Shown: one piece after another, positions 1 through 15,646 of the stretch
How positions within the stretch are numbered: the first letter of the stretch is position 1
How the letters are laid out: every line of letters begins with the position of its first letter
Assembly (NCBI RefSeq): GCF_009914755.1
Contig: NC_060934.1
Length of the DNA stretch: 64,000 nt
DNA from: the human T2T-CHM13v2.0 reference genome, Homo sapiens
Direction: 5' to 3' (one strand)
Made by a program: the position numbers and the translations under genes
Notes under the pieces: generated by a model
What the model was told of the DNA's origin: nothing
Seen by the model: only the letters and a program-made list of their open reading frames with translations
Databases searched by the model: none

Positions 1-197
1 ACAGGCAACATACAAGGGCAGATGGACAATATAAACAGATGGAAGCTGTAAGAAAGGACTGAAGAAATGCTAGAAGTCAGATTCTTAGACTGAAAATGCT
101 TTTGATGGGATCAGTAGACTGGACACCTCCAAGGGAAGAATTAGTGAGCTTGAAACTACTGCAGTAGAAGATTCCCAAAGTAAAGGGCACAGAGAAA
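1..197 (+). mobile_element. Old L1 (L1M) ORF1 coiled-coil-region fragment
   Basis: gcagatggacaatat...gaaatgctagaa...aatgcttttgatggg..cagtagactggacac...gaagaattagtgagcttgaa resembles L1M ORF1 consensus; truncated by window start. Confidence 0.7.
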
Positions 198-229
198 TTA
201 ATCTGACCAGGGTTTCTGACAGGCAGGGC

Positions 230-3200
230 TTAGCTTCCCAAATTCTAGCAGGTGTTCAGGGTTAGTCTTCCCCCCACTACGGACTTAGCATTCCTGGACC
301 ACCTGCATATTAGGTTCTTCATCCAAGGCATTGCCAAGTCCTGTCCACTGCCCAGAGGCAGAATTCTAGAGCCTTCTCATTTTCCACACATCACTGTCCC
401 TCCTGCCATACCTGGCAGCCAGCTTGGTTTCCCTGCCAAGCCCTGGTCTCCCACTTTGGCCAGGGCTGGGCTATTTTCTGCCAGCCTTTTCTTCAGAAGA
501 AAGAACAGAGGCCTTTGTGAGGCCTCCTACTTAGGCAAGTTCAGAACCGCCACCTAAGCCTTCTCAGCCCAGTGAGGCATCCTCCCCTGAGATGATATCA
601 GGAAGGCTTAAGTGCCTTCCAAGGCCATTAAATTTACCCCTAAGTATACCTGTTACTCTACCAGGATGCCCTCAAGCCCTGCCCTGGTTCTTGCTGAGCC
701 TGTCTCCTTGACAGGCTGAATGACGGGCAGCCTCTCTCTAAGCCATGCTCCGGCTGTGATACTAGGGCCAGCTTGGGGCCACTGTGAAGCTTGGGCTGAG
801 ACAGGCCCAGAGACACCTCACACTATTTTCCAGAGCCTCTCTCAAAGCAAGGGACGGCTAGATGGCCAGGAGTCACCAAGAATGGTGCCATAAGTCTTAG
901 CTGAGAGACTTTAACCTGGTCCCCTTCCCTAGTAGACCCTTGTAGTTTGCAACAGGAATCTGCCCTTCTTGTCAGTAAGGCAGCATCTCAGATCACCTAT
1001 GATCTGACTTTAAAAGCTAGGAATTCTTAAGCTGGAAGATTCAAGATAAACAAGGTAAGAATTAGGAAGTATCAGTGCCTTTGGAGATTAAAAAAGCCCA
1101 GTGTTTTTAGATAGGAAAGTCTTCCTCCAGGTATTAAAGAGCAAGAAACAGTATGTCAATGGTATGAGGAGGGCTAGTCCTTGACAAAACCTGAGCTAGG
1201 CGACCTTGGGGTAGAACCGTCTTCTATGCCTAGTATAGATACCCCTGGGTAGGGACCAGGGACATTCATGAGTAAAGATAGACCCTGAATTGATCCACAG
1301 ACTTCTGATCTCAGTCACAGATGCCATAGTCTGACCCCTTCCCTAAAAATGCCCAGGAAGAAGCCCATGAGGTCTAGTTGAGCCCATGCTAACCTTTTTT
1401 CCCCTTCCTTGAAAGGCTGGGTCCCACCAGGCATACAGGACTTCTGTTCTACCCTACCCGTTCTCTAGAAAAACCAAGACAAGCAGATAAGTGAGCCATT
1501 TCCCATGGTCTCCAGAGGCACTGGACCCGGGCCTAGACCTTGTATTTCCCTCCATGCCTTCCCAGTGAGGGGGCACCTCCCGGGCCAACAGTCCCATCCT
1601 GGTGCCAGAGCAGCTCTGAGCACAAAGCTGAGCTTCGCAGCAGCCCCAAGCTCACCCTAGTATCACAGCCGAAGCATGGCTCAGGGAGAGGCTAGCCAAC
1701 TTTCATCCTCAAGGAGACAGGCTCAGCAAGAACCAGGGTCAGAGGCTGCCTTCTTCATGCCTGCAGTAACTTCCCATAAGCTACTGCTCTACACCAGAAG
1801 GATCATAGCAGATAGCCTAATTAGTAAAGTCCGACTCAAAAGGAAGAAAGGGTGGGACAAGAGTTTGAAGGGAGTAACCAAGAGTTTTCCAACTAAGACA
1901 CAAACCCAGAGACCCAAGAAGTTCAAACCTCAAACCAAGTAGGTTAATAAAAGATAGGCCATGTCAGCTTGGATAACCACCGAGATAAAAATCCCAGGAA
2001 CAGCCAGGAAGACACACTATGGATCATGGCTCATCTCTCAAACCCACAAGAAGCCAGAAGACAGTAACCATCTAAACAGTGCCGAGGGAGAGAACCCAGA
2101 GCTCTATATCTGACCAATAAAAAAAAAAAAATCCCCTTTAGAAGTTGATGTGAGACAGAGATACAGACAAAAGCTTAGGATGTTACCAGCAGAGTCATAC
2201 TTAATACTGAGGGAAATTCTTTAGTGAGAAGGCAGGTCATTCCAGATAGAATTGCAGGTCAGCTGGCAGGAATCAAGTACACAGGAAAGGTGAAAGTCAG
2301 AAGAAATGAGTTGAGATTCAGAGGAAAGGTTTGTACACAAACAAGGCGGAAAGAAGCCTTGCTTGAGCACAGCAGTCCCTAGTTAAGGCTGACAAGCTGC
2401 ATATTCAGTAGCTGGTTACTAGAATCACTTCCCATCCCAGGAATGCGAGCTGCTGTGACAGGTCAACAGGTCTGACAGGAGACCCCAGGAGGCTTGCAAC
2501 AGGAAAGGCCACTTTTAAGTACTCTGGATCTTGCAGATGACTTGGCATCTTTCCTAAGAGAGCTGGGCCTGGTGGCACAGGTGAGTTTCTGCAGTATAGC
2601 CCTTTTTGGTCTGTACATTGGCCCAATACCTGTCAGTGAGTCTTTATATCTGACAGATGATCCCAGGAGTGGATCTGAATGAACTCACAGCTCTTCCAGA
2701 GAGGGTGACTTAGGAAGATATTAGAAGAGAAAGTAAACCAAGCAAGGAAAGACTGGAGGACAATCAAGATAGACGGCCTTGGCAATGAGGCAGGGAAGGC
2801 AAGGGCTTTGGGGAACACATAGCCTGAAAGAACAGTTTTGAGAGCAGCATGGACTCAGGAGTTTCATCATGGCCTTCCTGGGTCCATTTTGCATACTCAG
2901 TTTGTTTCTATTCACTATGACTACCAAAAAATGAAATCAGTCCAAAGTTGTAACCTATGAGTACCTTAAAGCTTTGGGAAACAAGGAGATCGGATCCATT
3001 CCTAGCTCTAAGGAGGTTGACCCCAGTTGCTAACTCCTTCCACCAGGATCAAGCTGAGAGAAAGAAGGACAATAAACCAGAGGAAAAAGACTAGAAGTCT
3101 CCAGCATAGGGGCAGCTTTGACCTGGCACTAGGGGACTGGCTCTCTCCTGGGGCAGAAAGCAGCCTGGCACAGCTGTGGAAGATTAATTAGGGGCCAAGG

Positions 3201-3560
3201 TATTTGAGTTCTGCTCTCACCTCTCCCATTACACTGGGACAGGGCCTGCCTGATGCCTGCAGGAACTCACCTCTGGGCCAGGTGTCTTCAGGACTAAAAT
3301 CAGGACGAGGCAAAGAGTCCTGAGCTTCATTCTCTATGCAAGTTCACAAGAGGAAAAAAAACAAAAACAAAAACCCTGAGCTAAGAAGTCACAGATGGGG
3401 AGTTGCTTTCCAGTCCCCAGGCAAGGAAACCTCCCACCTTTGCCACTCTCTCCCTGGGGCTGGAGAGTCACAGGCTGATGCTTCCTATCACTGTTTCTGC
3501 CCAGTAGGCAAAGCAGAGGCAGAGTCATTTTGTGGGGTGGAGAGCAGTATTAGCTAGCTT
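230..3560 (+). pseudogene. Highly decayed SPATA31/FAM205-like long-exon relic (candidate unannotated pseudogene)
   Basis: Colinear translated motifs: EASYLG (519-536), AWGHCEA..ETPHTIFQSLSQ (771-845), SHQAYRTSVLP (1422-1454), RQAQQEPG..DKSLKGVTKSFPTK (ORF 1676-1942), GSWL (2021-2032), DLADDLAS (2527-2550), KERLE (2744-2758), TAVED*LGAK (3170-3199), SYHC (3483-3494). Many stops and frameshifts; no recognisable interspersed repeat. Comparison made from memory. Confidence 0.45.
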
Positions 3561-6358
3561 GCTGGCACTCCCAGGTGCTCTACACTATGGCTCATTTTTC
3601 CCCACCACACCCCCACCCCACTCATCCTCACTGTGGTCAGGAGTCCTTCAAGGAGTGAGGTCTGGCCCTCCCCCACAGACATCGCCAGACAGCGGCCAAC
3701 ACCCCCAGGAAGAGGGAGTACAAGCCAGACACCAGGAGTGTAACTAGTTCCCATTATTTACCTCATCAGATTTCAGAGTCACAAATATTAAAACAGGCCG
3801 AGAGTATTAAGGATATTGGCAACACTAGATTAGGCATGAGTAGCTAGGATCCAGCTGCTGTGAGAGCAGGACCGATCTAACCAAGGAACAGGGTAGCTCA
3901 CCGAGGTCGGGATCAAGGAAATCTCCCAGGAGAGGGCAGAGATCATGCGAGAAGCACAGCTGAGGCACAGAGGATGGGCATCCAGAGGAGAGGGGTCTCA
4001 AAAGAGACATCTAAGGGGGACATCCCAAGGCTTAGGGAGACTGAAGGCGGAGTGGAAAGACCCACAGACGGGAGAGAAGGAAACCCCATTCCCTAGGTGA
4101 TTTGGCTCCAACATTCTTACACTTTTTCTGTGAAGAGAAAGAAGTTGAAGAAAGGCAGACAACAGGCAAAGGAACAAAAAGACCATTGAGATCAGTGGCC
4201 CTGGGTAGAGGGCTGAGGCTTTTTGGAGAAAGCCTTTCAGAGGCCAGGGCCAGGAGGGGCTGCTCTCAGGGTACATAGAGGTGCCCCTGCCTGGGGACAC
4301 TGCCTCCTGAGGGAGCAGCAGAGACAAGAACAGGATCCCAGGGCACAGTAGAGACATGACCCATCACGGGGACAGGATTCTCATGGAGGAGGTGTCCTGG
4401 GACAGGACAGGAGCACCCCAGCTCCCCCATAACAGCTACAGCAGTCGGGGGGACAGTAGTTTGGGCGGAGCTATCCGGCCCACAAAGCTCAGCTGTTGGA
4501 TGTGGGTGGGGAGCCAGGGCAGCCCACGTAAAGGCTGCTCCACAGCCACTTAACCAGCTGCTACCACTTAATTGGTGCCAGCCCCACTCCAGCCCCTCAT
4601 TCTCCATACCTGGCCCACCCCTCCTCCCTCCCTAGACAGCCACCAGCCTCCTCAGCCCTGGGTCCAGTCTTCATCACAGCCCAGCTTCTTTCCAATGCAA
4701 GCAAGACATTAATATCCTCATTGCTTCCCACCTGCAGCCCACGCCTCTTCTACTACACACCTCCCCATGGCTCAGTATGCCTTCTTTCCCCCTCAGCGCT
4801 GGGCCAGTGTCTGTTCTCTCCTCTTTCCCTCCACCCCTGCTAGACTAGAGGCCTTGAGCTGAGTAGGACTCCATCCTAGTCATCCTTGTCTTAGGAGGCC
4901 CTGCCCCAGGAAGTCACTGTATGGGGTGATAAAGGATGATTTACTTGTCCCCAGCACCTAGGTGTTCTCCCCGAGGGCTCATCCCCCTGTGACTTCCTGC
5001 ATTCAGGGAGGCCTGAAGGACTGGGCTCTAGCCTCTCCCCATAGGCACCATGGGACAGTAGACAACATCCCCAAGTAGGACAAGTTCAAGCGAAAGTGAG
5101 AGGTTAGGAGCGCACCAAGCTCGTGTTGTCCACACAGGCACTTGGAGCTTTTGCCTGCTAGCTTCTTCCTGAGCCACCAGCCCAAGCCAGACTCTGATCC
5201 CAAGGGGTCAGGTGCTGCAGTGGCTGCCAAAGGATTTCACAGCACCTGGCCACTGGCTTCCCAGCCAGCCAAGCTGCTGCTTAAAGACTCTGGTCTCCTT
5301 TCCAGAACCCAGCCCTGCTGTGGGGGCAGCAGCCAGGTGCAGCCCTCCCAGGTGCTGGAGGCAGGGCATAGGGGCCTCATTGCTATGAGCAAGGCCAAGA
5401 CCTTGCCTCTTTTCCTAGCCAACCTCCAAACCATCCAAAATCCACCCAGCTCAGGAACCCAGACAGGCCTAGGACCCAGAGCCCAGGATTGAACAAAGAC
5501 AGCCGTGCTCGGCTCTGGAGTTCCCTTTTTGTCACATACTCCACAGCCAAACATCAGGTTTCTTTCTAGCCCAGACCAGAGGCTATCCAAGCACCAGCAC
5601 CCCGTTTCCTCCCATTTCACCCTTCATCAAGTAATGGGGGTGCAAAGCTGCACTCTAGAAACGTCTCATCCCCAATCCTTTCTCCCCAGGGCCTACCTGG
5701 CTAAGCACGACACCCACCCCGTCTTCCCCAAGCAGGGGTGCTTCAATTTCCTCCTCTAGGGAAGGCTGCCAGGACCCACAAACCCTCAGGACCTGTGGGA
5801 GACCAGCAAGTAGCCACCTCCCCCAAGCCCTAGCCCCTAGATAACCCCACGCTGAGGGCAGGCTGGTCCTCAGAGCTTCCACGCAGTCCTTATCCCAGGC
5901 CCAAGTCAAGAGCATCGCAGTCACCAGGCCAGTGGACCTCACCCCATCCAGAGTGAGGGTGTCACCTGGAGAAGCAGCCCAAGGCCCAGCTCCTCCTGCC
6001 AGAGCACCAGGCCTGGTGGACAGAGCCTTCAGTCAGAACTTCATCCCCATTGGCCAGCAGTACGCGTGATGGTGGAACCTCACAGTTCTCCTGGAGACAG
6101 GGGTCACCTCCAGATGCAGCAGGTATGGCCATCCTCCCAAGTGAGTTCGTTCCTGCTAGTGGGCCTCAGCCTAAGAACCTAACTGGTTTCACCCAGACAC
6201 AGACCACATCAGCCCTTCATCGGAGACCCGCTTTGGCCTAGAATTTAGACAGCTGAGGATGTATCTTGGGCAAGCAGCCCCTACATCCATCTGTCCAGCC
6301 AGGGTGCTTGCTGCATGAAGGTTTTTATAGGGCCCAGATCCTCCACCTCCTTCTAGAT

Positions 6359-6546
6359 CAGGTGTTTCAAACCTTTGGCATGCATCAGAATACCCTGGAG
6401 GGCTTGTTAAACCAAGACTGCTGGGCCTCATCCCCAGAGTTTCTGAATCAGTAAGTATGGGCTAGACCTGGAGAATTTTCATTTCAAACATGCTCCCAGG
6501 TGGTTCCACTATTGCTAGTTTGCAGCCCACACATTGAGAACCACTG
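6359..6546. mobile_element. MER5A (hAT-Charlie MITE)
   Basis: cagg..tttcaaac..catcagaat..cctggagggcttgttaaa..ctgctgggcc.catccccagagtttctga.tcagta...ctcccaggtg..ttgagaaccactg. Confidence 0.8.
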
Positions 6547-6984
6547 TTCTGGAGCCTCTGGAGGTGGAAAGGGCCAGTGCCGCCCCTTTAATGAAGGCAT
6601 GGGCGGAGCTGGGCTCATGGGAATAGCTTTAGTACTTTAGGGTTGATTCCTTGGGATTGGCTAAGGAGAGTGGCCCGCATTGATTTTGAAGGGCTTTGGG
6701 GTCCCCTAGGACCTCAGCAAAACTCAGGGAGTCCTACTGTCTCTTGGGAATGGGAAGGCAGTGCTGGTTGTCTGATTCCTGGATTAGGGTCCAGGCAGGT
6801 GGGAGAAGGAAGGCAGAAGAGGTTGCGGGAGTGTGGAGCACATCCTGGAAATCCAGGAGCTGGGGTCTAGGCCCAGCTCTGCCACCAACACCTTTGGGGA
6901 CACTGTCAGTTACTTGCCGTCCTTGAATCTTGTCTTGCCTCAGACAGAGTGCTGAGACTGGACCATATTTTTGATGAGTTCGGG

Positions 6985-7095
6985 CAACATTTATTATTGA
7001 GTGCTATTTGAGTGTCAAGCACTGTGCTTGGTGCTAAAAGGTAGAGGTAAAAGATGGAGCCCTTTGCTCTGGAAGAGTTTGCAGCCTGGTGGGGG
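6985..7095 (-). mobile_element. L2 3'-end fragment
   Basis: catttattattgagtgcta..tgtcaagcactgtgcttggtgct..ctttgctctggaagagtttgcagcctggtgggg. Confidence 0.5.
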
Positions 7096-8177
7096 CGTGA
7101 CAGGGAAGCAGTGATCAGGATCCATGCAGGGTGGGGAGTGCACTGGTGAGAGCCCTGGGGAGGCTCTCCTGTGGTCCCCTGGGGTTCTTTCCAGCCCCAG
7201 ACCTGGTGTGGGGCAAGGGGTCTCCCCAGCTCTGGAAAACACCCACACCAGCTTTCACAGGGACAGAGGGATATATATTTTTTTGACTTTTAAAAAACAT
7301 GTTCATGGGTACATAGCAGGTATATATATGTATGTGGCCTATGAGATATTTCGATATGGGGTAATATTTAAATGAGATGCAAAATCAAGCTTTTAAAACT
7401 CTCTACTACCCCGGGGAGGCTCAATCTAAGGTAGACTGTGAGCCTGTGGGAGGTGGGTCTGTTTTCATCATTTATCTGTTTATCGGCTACCAAGTGTCAC
7501 AGGTCAAGATGCTGATGCCCAGGCTCCAGCCCAAGGCAATAGAAGCAGAATCAAGGGGTTCTCTGTGCAGAACCCTTGGTTGGCTGGAGAACCATTGATC
7601 TAGATTGGGAGGAAAAAGTCTTCCAAAAGCCCGGAAGAGGCAGTGCAACTCCGGCAGGGGTCCAAGGAAGGTAAAGCACCCCACGCGACTGCTGGAGACG
7701 GGCGAGGAGTGAGAGGCAGGTGGGAAGGTGGCTTCAGCCAGTTTCCCCAAGGACCTTCCTTACAAAACTGAGGTGCTAGGCTGTTTTTCATGGTTAACAG
7801 GGAGCCATTGAAGGCCCCCAAGGAAGGATATGATATGTTCAAAGCTGAGTACCAGCCATGGCAGCCTCTGCTTCCTCCTGCCTCTTCCCTTACTCCTAGA
7901 TTCTACTTCCACCATGTGACAAAAAGAAAAGCGCTTGGGCCTTGCAGCCCGTTCTGTTAGAAAATGCAGGTTTGGGGTGTATATTGGTGGACCAGCAAGA
8001 AAGGAAGGGGGCCCCAGAGTCCTGCCCCTTCAAAACCATTGACAATTTCTGTGTGGCCTTGGGCAAGTAGGTCAGCGTCTCTCAGCCCCGGCGGCCAAAT
8101 TCCTGCCTGCCCAGGAATACACAATGTACAGAAGCACACTTTGAAAAGGTGAGAGCTGGACTCAGAAGCAAGGTCAA

Positions 8178-8889
<712 letters not shown>

Positions 8890-10468
8890 GTATCCTTTGA
8901 TAAGCCCAGCTGGACAGGCAGGGCTAAGGGACCAAGGAATCAAGTGACTGGAAGAACATTTGAAGAAGATCACTTCCTGTTAAGTCCCAAACCTGGGCAA
9001 AGCGTAAGGACAGGTAGGGTCAGCACATCTGTTTTTCATGATCCCAAGCTCAAATGTGAGAAGGAGGTAGCAGGGGTGATGTGAAATAGAAAACAGATGA
9101 AACATTGGAAAGAGCCAGATAATGATTTCAGGAGCGGCCCAGCCACAGGTGTGGAGAGGGGAGGCCAGACCCTCAGGGGCCCCTCCCAGATGAGGCCTAT
9201 CTGGAAAGATGCAATTGCACACGTTTTAAGGGGAATCACCTGAGAACCGGAGTAGGGGGGTGTGGAGTAGAGGGTTATGAGGAGGAGTTTCTTCTTCTGA
9301 ATTCAAGTCCCAATTTTGCTGTGTGACCTGGACACATACTGATACCTCTCTGGGCCTCATCAGTGCTAATTTACCAGTTCCCCCTAATTAGGTAAGAACT
9401 GGACCCTTGCTAGGGTCATGAAGACATTGCTCTGATCAAATTGGTGGTGCAAAGTGGTGAGATGAGCCTAAGATGGGTGATGAGAAATGAAGGAGTAATT
9501 TAAATAACAAGTGTCCTTCAAAGTGATTCCTGGCTCCCAGCCCCATCTCAGCCTCAGTCCCTGAGCCTCTGAACTGCCCCACTCCGCCCAGGTTCTCAGC
9601 CCAGGGCAGCCCATGCTGCTGGTCCCGTCCTACCCACCCACCTCTAGTTCCTGGCTTGGGACAAGTCCACCTTTTAAGCCCTAGCTTTAGGGACTGGCTT
9701 TACCTAGGTGAAATTATTGTCCCCAAGGATGGGCCCACTGGTAACTATGGAGCCAAGGAGTACAGGTAAGGCTGTCAGGCCCCAGACCCACACTCCAGCC
9801 TCCCATGCTCCACTTCCCTATGTCCACACCCTCAATTCTGCTGGGGGTCTAGAACCACAGCCTCAACTTGGCTGCTTTTCTTTTTTAAATTTAGTCACAA
9901 CAACGATCTACAGTAGCATCAGATAGTGCAGGTCATGGTAATGTAGCAACTGCAATGCCCCTGTCCCCTAACCAAGATAGCAGGGAAACAGCGTGGTGAT
10001 TAAGAAGTGTGTCTCCTATTTTCGTCACACACATGCTCAAGTGCTCAAGAGGAGCCAGGTGCTTCCACGATGGCCTCTGCCTGCACTCGCCCCATAGCCC
10101 AGCAAAAGAGGTGCACCTGAGGCTCTGGGCCACTGATCTGGAGTTGTAGAAGGGCAGAGCCAGGATCCCCATGCCGGGCTGTGCTTTTCCCCAGCAGTCC
10201 ACAGCTTTGCCACCGGCAGGACTGAGCTCCTCTCTGGCCTCAAAGTCCCCCTAGATAATGCGTGTACTTTGTTCTGCTCAGCCTTCATCAGGGTGGTCAG
10301 GAGGAGCTCAGGAAGGGTGACCTGAGAACCTCACCAAGTTCCCTGTGGCTTATCCCAGCTCTGCAGACAGCAGCGGGAAAGTTTCACTCCACAGCTCCCT
10401 CTCCCCTGCAGCTATGGGAGCAAGTACCACTCCAGATTTGATGAAAGCCACATGCCAGGAAACCTTTA

Positions 10469-11030
<562 letters not shown>

Positions 11031-11599
11031 CAACAGGTGGCAGTCCGACCACTGACATTAGTGTTGGCAGCATCAATTTGCCATAGACAAAGTCTAGCCA
11101 TGGAAAGCTTGGCTTAGACCCTACCCAGATGGCCTCACTACCAAAGACCAAAGAGGCTCTGAACCCAGGTGGTCCACTGATGAGACGCTATTAAAGAGTG
11201 ACCCCGTGGGCTGTGTCCTACAGACTCTAGTGAAGCCTGTGCTTGTGGCCCTGCCCTTTAGGGGCACCCCTAAGCCTTTCCTTCCACCATCCCAAACTGC
11301 CCAGCCTGTGACACCTGCTGAAAGCCAAGCCCCTAGACGTCAGCCTCTGTCTGGAACTAGGAATAATAACAATACATTCCCACACTAGCCCTAAAGCTGG
11401 GAAGAGCTCATGAGCCGTCTAGTCCAGCACTCCTATTTTACAGAGGAGGAAACAAGACACAGAAGGAAGCCACACAACTCCCACAGCTGAGGCTTCCTGA
11501 CTCCCAGCCCAAAGCTCCTTCCATCACTCTCTGCTGCTAGGATTGTTCTTTTCCTGGAAAAGGAGAAAACAACCAGTTTGAAGGCTTAGCCTGGGGCCT

Positions 11600-11900
11600 G
11601 GGGCCTGGGGCCTGAATGGCCCACTGGTAGATTTGCTTTGCCAGTAAATCAATATTTTAAATTTTCAACCCATGTTTAAAAATCAAGAGAGTTTTTCATA
11701 AACATCCACACTCTCAGTTCTCCTTGACAGGTAAGTAAATGTGGCAACACTAGACCCATGAACCCACGTGGTATTGTTGTCTGCTGTTATCCAATAGTAC
11801 CTATTTTATATAGGAGCTACATCTCCACTTCTCCACAGTCCCCACCGCTCCCTACAGCCTCACAGTTACCTGCCTGTCTCCTACAGCAAGTCCACTGAGA
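11600..11900. mobile_element. MER102-like hAT-Charlie fragment
   Basis: aaaaatcaagagagtttttacataaacatcc...tgtggcaacactagaccc..cccacgtgg. Confidence 0.5.
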
Positions 11901-12977
11901 GCAGAGTCTGCGTTTCTGTGTCCCCACTCTGCTTCTATCCAGCCCCCAAAATGTCTGGCCCAGGTGCTGCCCAGATGGTGAAAATCACCATGCCTAGCCA
12001 TCAGTCCTGACAGTGGGGGCTTGCAAAGTGCTGCCACAGCTTTCCAAGCCAGCATGAAGTCGGGGGAGGGAGGTTAGCTGTCCCGTTACAGATGAGGAAA
12101 CTGTTAGCAAGTGAGGTGGTGGGATTAGAACTAAGTAAACTGGCAGCTACCCACTGGGTGGGCTTTGGGGCACCCCCTGCCTTCTAGTTTGACTATTAGA
12201 ACAAAGAGGCAGGAAAAAAATGGGCCCTTCTTGGGGGACCATGCGACCTGGCCTCTCCCCACGGCTTGGAGGAGGCAGTTCTGTGAGATGGGACACAGCT
12301 GGCCACCCCACCTGACACTCTCCCCCTGGGCCAGCCTCGCTCTTCTCCTGAGCCACTGGGGGTCCTTCTGGGGAAGGAACGGTGAGCAGGCTTGGAGCCA
12401 GGACCCAGCCCTGCATACATTAGGAGTAACATGATTGTGCAGAGAGCTTGATTATTGTCTGTGCATTATTGATAGTGTACCCTGCAGGCAATAAATTATC
12501 GACAGGACAGAGAGAGTGGCAAGGCTCTGGCCTGGGCGGAGGTGGGCTGGGGCCAGATCCTGCACTGTGCCTGTGAGGGTAGCTATGGTGGGCTTGGGCA
12601 GGTGGGCCTGAGGTGCGGGGAGGAGTCTGCATGTGCTCACCCCTGGGAAGGAGGGTATATGAGAGTGTTTCTCTCTTGCTGCTCGCTCTTTCCTCGACTT
12701 GCCCTTTCCTGGGTGCCAACATCTCTTCCCCACTCTTCTCCTCTCCCTCTCTGGCTCATCTTCCTTCTTTCTCCTTCTCCGCTTCCTTCCTGACCTGGAA
12801 GACTTCTGGTGGGTGGGCTGACATCCAAAGAAGCCTCAAGGACAACCCCGAGTGCCCGGACATCCAGGCACTGGGGGTACCTTTCTCCAAGAGAGGAGAA
12901 AGCTCAAGGGCAAACATTTTGGGCGGATAATGGGTGGCGCCAAGAATCCTGTTATAGCTAGGCTGTTTGAGAACACT

Positions 12978-13264
12978 GGCCAGGTGCAGTGGCTCACGCC
13001 TGTAATCCCAACACTTAGGGAGGCCGAGGCGGACGGATCACTTGAGGTCAGGATTTTGAGACCAGCCTGGCTAACCTGGTGAAACCCCGTCTCTAGTAAA
13101 AATTAGCCGGGGATGGTGGCAGGTGTTTGTAATCTCAGCTACTCTGGAGGTTGAGGCAGTGAAATCCTTGAACCTGGGAGGTGGAGTTTGCAGTGAACCG
13201 AGATTGCACCACTGTACTCCAGCCTGGGTGACAGAGTGACTCTGTATCAAACAAAACAAAAAAA
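12978..13264 (+). mobile_element. Alu
   Basis: Full dimer; TSD gtttgagaa(c/a)actg on both sides. Confidence 0.95.
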
Positions 13265-14701
13265 GTTTGAGAAAACTGCCAGCCATCAGGTGGAGGTAGA
13301 GAGGGAGTTCATTATCATAATCATGGCTAACACACTTGAGCCAAGAACTTCAGACATTTCACTTACAGCACAGCAATGCCAGGAGAGAGATGCTATTACT
13401 ATTTTCAGAAGTACAGGAGGTTAAGGCACTCGTCCAAGGTCACACAGCTAGTTAGTGGCAAAACTGGGATTCGAGCCAGTATTCAGGCCCTGAGCCTGTG
13501 TTCTTAACCATCACATTGGATATATGAGTGGCTGGCCCTGAATGGGGAGATTACGAGGGGATTTTATTTGCTTTTTGTGCTTATCTCTATTTTCCAAATT
13601 TTCTGCAATGAATATGCATTGCTTTTGTAATCAGAAAAAACACACATAACAAATTATATTTTTAATAGCATTTCTCCTCCTCCCAAGTCCCTAGATGCTT
13701 CTAACCTATCCCCTCTCCAATTCCTTGGCAACCCCAGGGCCATCCTCCCAGCAGAGGGGAGGAGGAGAAAGAAGGCCGCTGACCCGATATTTACTCCCTT
13801 CCTATGGAGTGGGGGGAGTGGGAGGGATGTCATCATGGTGCGGTCTGCTCTCTTCACCTAGACCAAGTCCAGAGTGGTAGCTGTGGGCATTGACTGTGGG
13901 ACTCCCCACTGGCCTCTCTGCCAGGCCTGGCAGCTTCTCCTTTGGTTCCTCAGGGACTGGGGGTCAGTCCAAGCCACCCCACAAGCTCAGCTCTATCTGC
14001 CTACAGCAGCTGGGCTGGTAGTTGGGCCAGGGCCAGGCTGGTACCACAGAAGGGACTGTCATAAGCCATTCCTAGCACTCCCTCTGCCTCCTGGAAGGCC
14101 TCCCTCTCTTGGTACCAGGTTTCCCTGGATTAGTTCATCTTCCCAGACTGGGACCACACAAGGATGCTGCTTTATTTCATCCTCATGCTCCAGGTAAGAG
14201 ATTTCCTATGCCTGCCCACTCCTGGTTCTCTCCTGGAAAGATTAGGGTGAGGAGGGTAGGAGGGTGCCAGCACCGATGACAGGGGATAGAGTCTCAAGGG
14301 GAAAGCTGGGGTCTACCACCACTCTGCACACTGCCTGCCACCTCCCCAGCAGTGGGCAGAAGGCATTTCCTCCTCCACATTCTCATTATTCAGGCCTCCA
14401 GCCCCCGGGGATTTACAACAAAGCTGGTGGCAGGGGCACCAAGTGTGGCCAAGAGATGGCATTTCTCCTAAAGCCCCCTGGCCTAGATGGCCTTGAGGCA
14501 TTGTTTATGTTCATACCCACACTCCACGCCTAAAAACAACTCAAACACCCATTGGTGGATGACTGGCTGAGCAAATTATGGTGCCTCCAATTCTATAAAC
14601 TACCACGTAGGCATTGAAAAGAGGACGTAGATTTTTGCATATTGACTTAGAATAGCATCAATGTTATAGTAAGTAGAAAAGCAAGTTGTACACCAACATA
14701 A

Positions 14702-15109
<408 letters not shown>

Positions 15110-15328
15110 TGACCTGTCGCTATAATCTTAGGACATGATTGAGAAACCTTCCCCCGAACTGTTAACAGAGGCTAAGAATTTGGTTATCTGTGGTGACTGG
15201 GTAAGAGCTGGCCAGGAGGACATTAACTCATCTTGTTTTACATAATCCCAAAAGGAGGTGATGAGATTATGGGTTATTTATTTTCCTACCCATAATAAGT
15301 AAAACTTCAAAAAAAACTAAACATGAGA

Positions 15329-15646
<318 letters not shown>

